Shown here one piece after another: positions 31,976 to 41,878 of a DNA stretch of 64,000 nt. The translations under genes and the position numbers were made by a program. The notes below the pieces were generated by a model, which was given only the letters and a program-made list of their open reading frames with translations, was not told the DNA's origin and did no database searches. This DNA comes from Cyanidioschyzon merolae (taxonomy: Eukaryota): assembly GCA_000091205.1 (NCBI GenBank), contig AP006502.2; one strand, given 5' to 3'. Positions within the stretch are counted from its first letter, which is position 1. Every line of letters starts with the position of its first letter.

Positions 31976-32642
31976 AGGACCAGTTCTATTTATTCTGACG
32001 AGGTGGTGTCCTCAGCGAGTGAACGAGGCCAACGCTTTTCAGGTATGGCAACTACGGATCTTTCGTGTTGCATCTTTGCCATCGAGTCAGGCGCCGGTCT
32101 CGAAAACGATGTAGCCGTCGTTTTTGCTTGGATACCAAGTGCTGGTACCGGGCCCTGTAGCTTTGCGATCGAGCGAGAAGCCAGTCTCGAACGCGTTGCT
32201 GCCGTCGCGAAAACGTGACTTGCTCGAAGGTTGTTCTCGGGCTGGCGTTTGCAAGGCCAGGTGCAAGCCGGCTTGTCTCCTTATGGCGGTTGAAAAGTCG
32301 CTGCACTTGTAATCCCGAAGTTGCTGGCGCATCTGACAAAGAAACGAAGCGCCCGGCGCTACTGACTCGAACCTACACAAGGTCATGCTCTGTTGGCTTG
32401 CCAGTTAGTGTCCGGAACAAGGACTCACAGCTCAGCTATCACGTGACGCTGTTGCCTAGCACCAGCTCCGATGCGATATTTCACTGCATACTCGAACGGA
32501 AGGCTCCGGCTTTGCTCGACAAGACTTGAACAAGTGAGCTTCGGCACCAGTGCGTGTATCTTCGGATCAGACGCCCCGCACATAATGCTGGACAGGGATT
32601 GCACACCTTCAGACGCCACTTCAGAGCGTGCACCTGCCGCCT

Positions 32643-32868
32643 GTTACGACGGATGCAGCGTGGACCCGAACACGCGTGCGCTCCGAACGTACACCTGATG
32701 CAAGTTATAGCGTGCTTCCGCCTCGGCGGTCGGTGCATCGCGGAACTACGACGGATGCAGCGTGGACCCGAACACGCGTGCGCTCCGAACGTACACCTGA
32801 TGCAAGTTATAGCGTGCTTCCGCCTCGGCGGTCGGTGCATCGCGGAACTCGGTGTAGTGCTCTGTGGC
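32643..32868. repeat. Perfect tandem duplication, 2 x about 113 bp.
   Basis: 'ctacgacggatgcagcgtggacccgaacacgcgtgcgctccgaacgtacacctgatgcaagttatagcgtgcttccgcctcggcggtcggtgcatcgcggaa' occurs twice in succession. Confidence 0.9.
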
Positions 32869-33486
32869 AGCGAGTCCATCGGCGGGGTGTCGTTCAGCAC
32901 TGCAGCCGCATCAGTATAGGCCGCGGAGAACGGTTCGGGTGCGATGAGCCTCGCGGGAGTCAACCAGGGGCTCGCTTGATCCAGCGACCCAACGGTTGCC
33001 GCACGTAGAACAGACAACAACAGCATGGCGCTGCGGGCTTCTTTGGAGGTCGCCATGCGACATGTCGCCAAGGCACCTGGTCGCCCGCGGGAGCGAATGC
33101 TGTAGCGCTCGAGAAGAAGTGATCGAGCGAATCGATCCGACCGACGATCCGACGGATTTGACTCGTAGAGAAAGACTGCAAACGAGCTCGAGAACCTCGC
33201 TATTGACCTCAGGAAAGTTACAAGACCCGATGTGCATACACCCTAGCCTCACAGGGCTGTGAGCGGCGCCGCGGGTACACGCGGTGCGCTCAGAGAAGCG
33301 CTTCAACAAAACTGCATCAACCGAGCAGTGCTCGAGTGCTTTGTTTACGTATTCGAGCGCAAGCTTTGGATGCTGTCCGTGAGCTGTGCTCCTTCGATAC
33401 CAAACGTTCCAGATCCAGCAACTGTACCTGAATTTGTCCTCGAAAGGCGCATCTCGTCATCGTCAGGAAAATCGCATGCGTGAATC

Positions 33487-34809
33487 CTACACCCCCAGCG
33501 AAACATCGCGATAGCCACTGAGGTATACGTTGTTGATGTCGTCTTCCATGCTGTGATCCCAGCGTCCACTATCCTGTTTCGGATCGAATGCTGCAAGGTT
33601 TTCCCGTAACTGCTCCATACTGGTCGCCCCGATGATCGTGCTTGCAGTGAACCAACGCGATCGAACAAAAGAGAGCGCTAGCTGAGACGGAGTTTTCTTG
33701 TATTTGCGGGCGATCTCCGTGTAGCGTTCCACGGCAGCCATACAGGTCGGCGTCTGATACCGCTGCATATACCGTTTGAACAAGGTAAATCGCGCTCGTT
33801 CTCGCTGGCTCGGATCGCTGGACGGGAGATACTTTCCACTGAGTGCACCGCCCGCCAGAGGCGAGTACGCCAGCAACGGCACGTCGCAGTACGTACTTGC
33901 CTCGGCATGGGCGCCTTCAAATTGGCGATGAAGCAGCGAGTAGGAATTCTGAATGGAAACAACTCTTGGCAGGCCTAGAGTGGAAGCGATACGGGTGAAC
34001 TCCATGATACCCACAGGTGTCTCGTTGCTGAGCCCAACATACCGTACCTTGCCCTGGCGAATAAGGGCGTCCATGGCACGTAACTGTTCCTCCAGGGAAC
34101 GAGTGATGTTGTTACGGTCCGCTGCACTCAGCGGGCCTGGATATGCATGGCTCCCGAAAAGCGGCACCGGTCGAGCGGGCCAGTGAATTTGGTAAAGATC
34201 GATGTAGTCCGTTTGCAGCCGAGTGAGCGACCCGTTGCATGCCTCGATGATGGAGTCGTAGTCGAGTTTCGGTCCTCCGCGGATCCAGGAGATATCGCGC
34301 CCCGGGCCGCACACTTTCGTTGCCACGTAGATCCGCTCCCGCACGCCTGGATTCTTCTTAAACCAGTTCCCAATGTAGGTCTCGGTACGACCCTGCGTTT
34401 CGGGGTTCAACGGAACGGGATAGTTTTCAGCGCAATCGATGATGTTGATGCCTGCCTCGTGGATTGCGTAGTCGAGCTGCGCGTGTGCCTCTTCTTCGGT
34501 GTTCTGCTCTCCCCAGGTCATGGTGCCCAGCGTGCACGTTGTAACGATGAGATCGCTCTGGCCCAGGCGTCGGTATCCGCCGGGAAAGGGCGCCATACCA
34601 TGCGTTGGCTTCAGTTCGGTTGGCGCAGCGGCGCCTGCGCCTGACTTTGTCTGCGTGGACATGCAAAGCAGCCCGACTTTGGGTCGTTGGAGAAACAATC
34701 CGGCGCACTGCTTATGTCGGTTTGACTGCGTAGTATTCTTTTGGTACCACTGCGGCCGCTTCCAGGCGCCAAAAATGCGACAGTTGTGTTGCACCAGGAG
34801 CACAAACAT
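33487..34809 (-). CDS. Aldo-keto reductase (NADP-dependent oxidoreductase). The true start is probably an internal Met ('MSTQTK...').
   Basis: 'DLIVTTCTLGTMTWGEQNTEEEAHAQLDYAIHEAGINIIDCAENYPVP', 'ETYIGNWFKKNP', 'IDLYQIHWPARP'. Confidence 0.85.
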   Translation of the reverse strand: MFVLLVQHNCRIFGAWKRPQWYQKNTTQSNRHKQCAGLFLQRPKVGLLCMSTQTKSGAGAAAPTELKPTHGMAPFPGGYRRLGQSDLIVTTCTLGTMTWGEQNTEEEAHAQLDYAIHEAGINIIDCAENYPVPLNPETQGRTETYIGNWFKKNPGVRERIYVATKVCGPGRDISWIRGGPKLDYDSIIEACNGSLTRLQTDYIDLYQIHWPARPVPLFGSHAYPGPLSAADRNNITRSLEEQLRAMDALIRQGKVRYVGLSNETPVGIMEFTRIASTLGLPRVVSIQNSYSLLHRQFEGAHAEASTYCDVPLLAYSPLAGGALSGKYLPSSDPSQRERARFTLFKRYMQRYQTPTCMAAVERYTEIARKYKKTPSQLALSFVRSRWFTASTIIGATSMEQLRENLAAFDPKQDSGRWDHSMEDDINNVYLSGYRDVSLGV

Positions 34810-35317
34810 GCGCTCAGTAACTACAACGAGTTGCGTGGTAGTGCGACCTTAAACTCGACTGGAGTGCGCTGGCACCACGTGCTCTAGAAATGCACGTTTC
34901 AGCCACAGAGACGCGTAGTGACGCCTCAGTAGCGCGTACTAAAACTCCGCGGCAGCTTGAGCCTATGCGTAGCCAAGAGAGTCGGCGTGAGCAGCTTTCT
35001 CGATGAAACCGCTCCTGCAAGATCGTGCTCGATTTTGATTGCAGTGCAAAGCAACCCTTTGAAAAGTTAGGGAATAAGTCGGAGTCTGTGGTGTTGCACT
35101 CCCCAGAACTAAGCGTTATCTCTTGGTGGTCCAGCGGGTAGGCAGCGTGATTAACGCATCGGCGCACGCCTCTGTAGGCTGGACCAAAGGCTCCGCGCCG
35201 CGGACGTCGCCGTGCTGCACAGATCCCGCTGATCGATCTGCTTGATGACGCTCGATCGCTACGAGGCCGTGCGTGATGCGGTTTTTTCGGATATTGCCTT
35301 GTAGGATCGATATTTCC

Positions 35318-35870
35318 GACCTGGAAGTATTACTGCTTGCATAAGTACAGCTTAAATATGATTTCTGTATAGATCCTATCATTGTAAAAGACGGATGCAT
35401 CTGACCTGAAAGCATGACTGCTTGCATAAATACAGCGTATACATGATTTCGTTATAAATCCTATCATTGTACAAGACAAATGCATCTGACCTGGAATCAT
35501 GACTGCTTGCATAAATACAGCGTATACATGATTTCGTTGTAAATCCTGTTATTGTACAAGACCAATGCATCTGACCTGGAATCATGACTGCTTGCATAAA
35601 TACAGCTTAAATATGATTTCTGTATAGATCCTATCATTGTAAAAGATTGATGCATCTGACCTGAAAGCATGACTGCTTGCATAAATACAGCGTATACATG
35701 ATTTCGTTGTAAATCCTGTTATTGTACAAGACCAATGCATCTGACCTGGAATCATGACTGCTTGCATAAATACAGCTCAAATATGATTTCTGTATAGATC
35801 CTATCATTGTAAAAGATTGATGCATCTGACCTGAAAGCATGACTGCTTGCATAAATACTGCTCATATTGC
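35318..35870. repeat. AT-rich tandem repeat, about 6.5 units of ~85 bp. Two alternating variants give a ~170-bp higher-order period. Lies in the divergent AKR/ASS intergenic region.
   Basis: Units such as 'gactgcttgcataaatacagcgtatacatgatttcgttgtaaatcctgttattgtacaagaccaatgcatctgacctggaatcat' repeat head-to-tail. Overlapping identical small ORFs in the track (MQAVM...) reflect the periodicity. Confidence 0.9.
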
Positions 35871-36074
35871 TGCAAATCCGTACAGGCCGGAAGCGTACTG
35901 CCGCCGTCGCCTCGACTGCGGCGGCGGCGGAACATCGCAGCCATCCGCTGCTGCTCGTCCACGAACGAACGTGCTGCATTGATCAGGCATCCGTTGACTA
36001 TCGGCGAGTCGAGCGTTGTATCGACGTCGTTGCATTGGGTCTCCTGAGAGGCAAGTCGGCGTGCCACAGCATCC

Positions 36075-37418
36075 TTGACGCTGTATTTCGAAAGGTTTGC
36101 GTATCGATTCTCAATCATCATGTCGAAAGGGAAAGTAATTCTAGCTTACTCGGGGGGCTTGGACACCTCCGTGATCCTCAAGTACCTTCAGAACGAAGGC
36201 TACGAGGTGATCTGTTTTTGCGCCAACGTTGGCCAAGACGAAGACTTTGAAGCAGCGAAGCAGAAGGCGCTCGCGCTCGGGGCGTCCAAAGTCTATGTCG
36301 AAGATCTACGGGAAGACTTCCTCGTAAACTACATCTTCACGGCGGTGAAGGCGAACGCGATCTACGAGTCTCGGTACCTGCTGGGCACTTCGCTGGCGCG
36401 GCCCTGCATCGCCAAGAGGCAAATCGAAGTCGCCCACCTCGAACAGGCAGCGTATGTAGCTCACGGTGCAACAGCGAAAGGAAATGATCAAGTGAGGTTC
36501 GGACTCTGCTACTACGCGCTTGACCCGAACATCCAAGAGATTGCGCCGTGGCGAGACCCGGCCTTCCTGGCTCGCTTCAAGGGTCGCCAGGACCTCCTGA
36601 AGTACGCACGCGAAAACGGCATTCCAGTGCCGAGCGGCCCGAAGCCTCCCTATTCTATGGATGATAACATGATGCATATCTCTTACGAATCGGGTGAACT
36701 CGAGGATCCCTCGGTGCCCGCTGATGAGAGCATCTATACGAAAACCGGTCCAATGGATAAGTGGCCTGATCGCCCCCAGGTCGTGCGAATCCACTTCAAG
36801 GATGGTGTTCCGATCAAGGTTGAGGACGCTGCAACGGGATCTGTCTATGACAGCCCAATGGCTTTATTCGAGTTCCTTACACAGGTCGGAAGGAAGCACG
36901 GGATCGGTCGGATCGATATCGTCGAGGACCGCTTTATAGGCCTCAAATCTCGTGGCGTCTACGAGACACCGGCTGTTACGATTCTGCGCTGCGCCCACAT
37001 CGATATTGAGGGCATTGCCATGGACCGCGAGGTGATGCGGCTGCGGGATATGCTTTCGCCAGAATTTAGCAAACTCGCGTACAACGGGTTCTGGTTCTCC
37101 CCCGAGATGGATTTCCTCGTCTCTGCGATCAACAAGAGTCAGGAGCTCATCGACGGCTGGGTCGACGTACAATGCTTCAAAGGCTCCTGTTTGGCGATCG
37201 CCCGACAGTCGCCCACTAGCTTGTACGATGAACGGCTGGCATCGATGAACGAGGTGGATGCGTTCACCCCGTCAGATGCCGGTGGCTTTATTCGTATCAA
37301 CGCGATTCGACTCAAGGCACATCGCCGGATTCTCGAGAAGGTCGGAACAGATCGTCTCGCAGACCTGAAGCCGACACCGACACCAACATACGCAGCGCTT
37401 GGTACGACGGATCCCTGA
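36075..37418 (+). CDS. ASS1: Argininosuccinate synthase. The likely true start is the Met of 'MSKGKVILAYSGGLDTS' near 36120.
   Basis: 'KVILAYSGGLDTSVILKYL', 'SRYLLGTSLARP', 'AHGATAKGNDQVRF', 'DDNMMHISYESGELEDP'. Full-length and collinear. Confidence 0.95.
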   Translation: MTLYFERFAYRFSIIMSKGKVILAYSGGLDTSVILKYLQNEGYEVICFCANVGQDEDFEAAKQKALALGASKVYVEDLREDFLVNYIFTAVKANAIYESRYLLGTSLARPCIAKRQIEVAHLEQAAYVAHGATAKGNDQVRFGLCYYALDPNIQEIAPWRDPAFLARFKGRQDLLKYARENGIPVPSGPKPPYSMDDNMMHISYESGELEDPSVPADESIYTKTGPMDKWPDRPQVVRIHFKDGVPIKVEDAATGSVYDSPMALFEFLTQVGRKHGIGRIDIVEDRFIGLKSRGVYETPAVTILRCAHIDIEGIAMDREVMRLRDMLSPEFSKLAYNGFWFSPEMDFLVSAINKSQELIDGWVDVQCFKGSCLAIARQSPTSLYDERLASMNEVDAFTPSDAGGFIRINAIRLKAHRRILEKVGTDRLADLKPTPTPTYAALGTTDP

Positions 37419-38059
37419 GCGCCAGCGAAAGAGACAAGGCACGAATTGCAGTAGAGACTGCTGCTAGCTCCATGGCGTGGCCTTGCTCGCGGAGTGAATT
37501 TAAAGTACCGTTTAAAATTGTTGAATTCTCAAACAGTTCTCGCTGTGTTGGCTGGGAAAGGACGCTGGTGACACCAGGGTGTCGCCCAGATGCTCATCCC
37601 CAAGAAAGCAACCTTTACAGTCGATGATCGTGTGCGAGCATCGCCTCGAATGCCGAGTTTTAACAGCGGGTCACGTCGAACGCTACCCGCAGCTGTGATG
37701 CGTATGACTTGCGCCCTCCTAGGCTGTGGTACTGCATTCTGTGAGGCCCGTTGTGGCGGTTAGAGTTAAGTCGTGTCCATGATTACCACCGGAAACATTG
37801 CTTCCGAGCAAACGCCAATTCGAGTCGATCAACCAGATGCAGGTCGGTCAGAGTGCTTCGAGTACCTGCTTTCGAGCGTCCTTCGAACAGGATTTGCATC
37901 AGCACCTGTGTTCCATATCAGAGGAAACGAATGGCCTTCCGAGGTCGTCACTCGTTGTTCTACCGTTGCTAGTCCGGCGGTAGGTAAACACGGGACCAGG
38001 AACTGCTCGCCCTGTTCCCGCTTTTCGATTTGCTTACGAACCTTTTTAAAATCGCAGTC

Positions 38060-39305
38060 TCAATATTCGAAGCACATCGGTAAGGGTTCTCGTGTTCGTA
38101 TGAAGGCTAAGAATTGTCGGTCGTTTTCTCATAGTGACTTTTTAGACGCTTTGTCGCTGGAACTCGCAAATTCACCGGAATCGAGATGCTTCGCGACGCA
38201 AACCGACACGTTTCCTAAACTAACCGATAACATGATCCGATTCATGAGTACAAGCCGCAAAGCTTCTCTGTTCCCGAAATTTAGCACCTTCGAATCACGT
38301 AAAGTTTTGGATCACCCTGTTTCAAGGTCAAAGGTGGCGCGCAGCAAAACGCGCTGCTCTCTCGACGAGGAGACAAGCTGAACGTCGTCTTTTGACGACT
38401 TTTTCGGAAGCCCGTGCTGAAAGTCCGATGAACTTTCACGTAAAAAAATCGATTGCTTTTGAAACGCAATTCTTCTGCTCTTTTTTGCGATCAATGGTAC
38501 AGTCTTCGACCACGGTACGATACCTCCGGCAGGGGGGGTACGCTCCCAGAGACTCGCGTCTCAACTGTTTGCGTGGAAAATGCTCCTGGATTCGGACTCT
38601 AGTCAATGCGACGACCGTGTCCAATGGAAATAGCGCCACTTGTTTGCATGAAGCGATCCTAGACAATTCGGAAACTCTCGGCTTCTTTTCCAGCGTGACT
38701 TTTCTTACCGATACTTGTAGCACCAGGGAAAACGACGGGTTCCACTGGTCCTTTTTCGAAAGGAGCGACGTTTGCGTACGTCCGCAGCGGACAGCGTACG
38801 CACAGAGGAAATCGCTTTGACCAAGCCCGTGATCGTTGGGTACTTCGCCGGCTACCGCAACCGGGTGAGGCATCCAAGGTAGCCTTGTGTGCCGGTCAAG
38901 GGCTTGTGCCAAACGATGAGGCACCATTCGCGCGTCACCGGTCGGTTTTCGGAGCAAGAGGCGTGCTGTACATGTGGAAGCACTCGACCACAGCCATATA
39001 TGTCAGCGCTGTGACGGGCGCACCAGGACTGTTTACAAAGAAGATTCGTAGATCGCAACATCCGTCTGTCCATGGGATGCGTAAATACCAGTGGGAAGCC
39101 GCAAAACGGGAATTGAACGCTTCCATGAACATCATCGGACTGCTGAACATGAAACTTGAGAAAGAGGAGAGATGGACGTATTGCAAGCCGGAGACGACAG
39201 AGAGGAGCAGAAAGCAGTCCCAGAAGAGCCCGCAAAGTCCAGTGCTGATAATAGCGGGAACAGGTCCGAGCTTCAGTGCGCACGCGAGTGATCGCGGACC
39301 TGTTC
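38060..39305 (+). mobile_element. Family B copy B4.
   Basis: 'ttagacgctttgtcgctggaactcgcaaattcaccggaatcgagatgcttcgcgacgc', 'ctgtttcaaggtcaaaggtgg'. Tail 'gagcagaaagcagtcccagaagagcccgcaaagtcc...ggacctgttctattctattctgacatgg'. Confidence 0.6.
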
Positions 39306-39480
39306 TATTCTATTCTGACATGGATTTCGTCGTGCTTTTCCACCCGTCCAGCGAGCCTTGATGCGTTTATGACGTCGTGTCTTGAGGCGCAGACAGGGCA
39401 TCTGACAGAGCGCGATCTACCACCAGGCATTCTAGACTCTTGACGCCCTATGCATCGCGTTGATCCCGAGGTCAATGCGC

Positions 39481-41802
39481 TCAAGCGAATGACATCGGCG
39501 GCTCCGCTGACTTGCTGTCCGGTGCCTCGCCGCGCTGTTCGCAGGACTGGAGCCAATTTACGAGAATTTCATTCACTTGCTCCGGGACTTCATCGTGTGG
39601 ACAATGGCCAGCACGGAGCTGCACAACCTGCACTTCCGGATGAATCGCCGCAATCTGCTCTGCCCGCTTACGGGCGTCATTCAGCGGATCCAGGATGCCC
39701 TGGATCAACAGCACCGGCACTGAATCAAGGGCACGCAGGAGCTCCGGTATCGGACGCGACGGGGGCAGGCGGAAGCCCGACGCGATCACACTGGAAGCAC
39801 CTGGATCCAGACTGTGGCGATATATGATCGACTCCATGTGCAGGGCAGCATCCGGTCGCACAGGGTACACTTTCAGCAGCGTGCTCCGGATACCAAACTG
39901 CAAGTATCGGAGTAGAACCTCACCAACAATGCGGGAGGCTAGTGGTTGGGCCAGCAACCGCCGTAACCTGGAATCGTTGGATGCACGGTCGGCGTTTTTA
40001 ACCGGCTCGAGTGGCCCCGCCGGGTTGATCAGGACGATGCCTTTGCAGAGCGTCGTTGGACGAGGCGAGGCCGAAGCCTGTACCAATTCCATCCGGTGAT
40101 CTGCGGCAAAACTGAGACTCACGTACGCTCCGATCGAGTTGCCGACAATGAACACAGGTCGACGCACAATCTGCAGCACAAAATCCCGGACCTGCCGCTC
40201 CCAGAGCTCCTGTGTGTAGCGCGTAATCGGTTTGGTGCTTCGTCCAAAACCAAGAAGGTCCAAACAGAACACCTGGTACCCTTGATCTGCGAGAAAAGAT
40301 ACATTTCGCTCCCAGTGCTCTATGGACGCTCCAAAACCATGAATAAACAGGACTGCGGGAGCATCCCGCGTGCTCGATCCGCTCTGTGAGAAACGCACCG
40401 GTAAGCCGTTCCATCGCCAATAGTGCCAGGGCCGCTGGCTCGCCTTGTCGTACTGCGACAGAAACAGGTGCCAGCTGAGACTACGGATAAGAGCGCGCGC
40501 CTCCCGGTGTCGCGGTGAGTCCGTCCAGAGCGCCAGCATCCGGCGCCGATACCGCCGCGCTGCATCAATTTCCGCCAGCACTTTTCGTGGAGAAACGCAG
40601 CCAAAATGCAGGGCATACGCAAAACTGCGAAGAAAATCGCTCTCCTGATGCGCGTCAGGGCCTCGTAGGTAACGCCGCAGGAAATCGATTGCAGCAGTTT
40701 CACCGCCAGCGTCCAGCGACGTCGCAACACACATTCGCTTATCCTCTTCGATGCGTTGCAGAAAAGGATAGTCAGCATATTCAAGCGGAAACCAGCTGGG
40801 ACTGGTTTCCCACAGGTGATCGCTCGGGGCATCGAGCTCGTAACTTGCGACGAATCTCGTCTCCGGTGCGTTCTCCCTCGCGCAGTCCCAAAGCGCTAAC
40901 AGATCATTTTCAGTGGGCCTGTGCATCATGGGGCGCCAATGCTCGCGCTGCAAAATGCTGAACGTATCTCGCCCGAGAAACGTAGATGTTGATGGCGATC
41001 GCGAGCCTCTTGTGTTTTCACGAGTGGTACGATGCGGGGCGCCTAGACTCCAGAAACGAAATCTAATACCCAAGCGTTCGCATTCTCGGAAGCATCGCTG
41101 ACTCGATATGCACCAGTCGTCTTCGACGAGTACTTGTGCATTCGCAAAGCGACCGCAGAGCACGGCGAGCTCCCGAGGCGCCGGACCGTTCAGGAGCAGC
41201 AGATCGGCCTGGCCTTGCGTCGCTGAGCGGATCGTCTCACGCAGCGCTGCAACGGATTCGCGGAGATATTTTTGCTCCTCTGGCGTGTACGTCTCGAGTT
41301 CGCGTTTGTCCATGATGTAAACGAACGCAATTCGCAACGAGTTTTCCATGCCATGTCTGTCGTCTGAGCGGCGTGCCGGTGCAGTTTTCTGGGAGGCGAT
41401 ATGCGTTCGCAGGTACTGCAACCCGGGGTGATCATGAACCCGAAGGTCTCTGCGAAACCATACAATCCAATTGACAGTCATTTCAGCAGCAATTGGACGC
41501 TTCTCGTCTTCGAGTGCATGGTCCGGAGCGAGTTGCTGGGGACGACTCCCGTGCCCGCGAGCTGGCGAATCTCCGAGCCCGTGCACGCACGACAACAAGT
41601 CAAGAAGTTTGGACTTTGGCCCGATAATGTTGCACGCTCGGGAGCAGTGCCAAGTCTTCCACGGTTTGTGAGCAAAGTGCGTTGGCGCAACCTGGCTACA
41701 ACGCTGTGTGCTCGCTGTGTGCGCTGGCGTCGCGTGCTGCCAAATTCTCGAACGCCCTAGGCTACAGCCTGCAAACATGCTTCCCGAAGCACACAGACCC
41801 AA
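39481..41802 (-). CDS. Photolyase/cryptochrome N-terminal (alpha/beta) domain plus a truncated FAD-binding region, fused to a C-terminal alpha/beta-hydrolase-fold domain (773 aa).
   Basis: 'NWIVWFRRDLRVHDHPGLQ' (photolyase N-terminal domain). 'GGETAAIDFLRRYL..FAYALHFGCVSPRKV' (start of the FAD domain). Then 'VLFIHGFGASIEHWERNV...VFCLDLLGFGRS...FIVGNSIGAYVSL' (GxSxG nucleophile elbow). Confidence 0.8.
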   Translation of the reverse strand: MGLCASGSMFAGCSLGRSRIWQHATPAHTASTQRCSQVAPTHFAHKPWKTWHCSRACNIIGPKSKLLDLLSCVHGLGDSPARGHGSRPQQLAPDHALEDEKRPIAAEMTVNWIVWFRRDLRVHDHPGLQYLRTHIASQKTAPARRSDDRHGMENSLRIAFVYIMDKRELETYTPEEQKYLRESVAALRETIRSATQGQADLLLLNGPAPRELAVLCGRFANAQVLVEDDWCISSQRCFRECERLGIRFRFWSLGAPHRTTRENTRGSRSPSTSTFLGRDTFSILQREHWRPMMHRPTENDLLALWDCARENAPETRFVASYELDAPSDHLWETSPSWFPLEYADYPFLQRIEEDKRMCVATSLDAGGETAAIDFLRRYLRGPDAHQESDFLRSFAYALHFGCVSPRKVLAEIDAARRYRRRMLALWTDSPRHREARALIRSLSWHLFLSQYDKASQRPWHYWRWNGLPVRFSQSGSSTRDAPAVLFIHGFGASIEHWERNVSFLADQGYQVFCLDLLGFGRSTKPITRYTQELWERQVRDFVLQIVRRPVFIVGNSIGAYVSLSFAADHRMELVQASASPRPTTLCKGIVLINPAGPLEPVKNADRASNDSRLRRLLAQPLASRIVGEVLLRYLQFGIRSTLLKVYPVRPDAALHMESIIYRHSLDPGASSVIASGFRLPPSRPIPELLRALDSVPVLLIQGILDPLNDARKRAEQIAAIHPEVQVVQLRAGHCPHDEVPEQVNEILVNWLQSCEQRGEAPDSKSAEPPMSFA

Positions 41803-41878
41803 GACTCGTACCCTCTTGTAAGCAAGCCGTTCTGTAAAGTTCCAGGTAGATGTTTCCTGGTTAGACCCTTCGAGTTAC

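Noticed and set aside
35318-35870. Array-like regular repeats that could be mistaken for a CRISPR array
   Set aside because: Units are contiguous ~85-bp repeats with no unique spacers, in a eukaryotic intergenic region with no cas genes. It is an ordinary satellite / higher-order tandem repeat.
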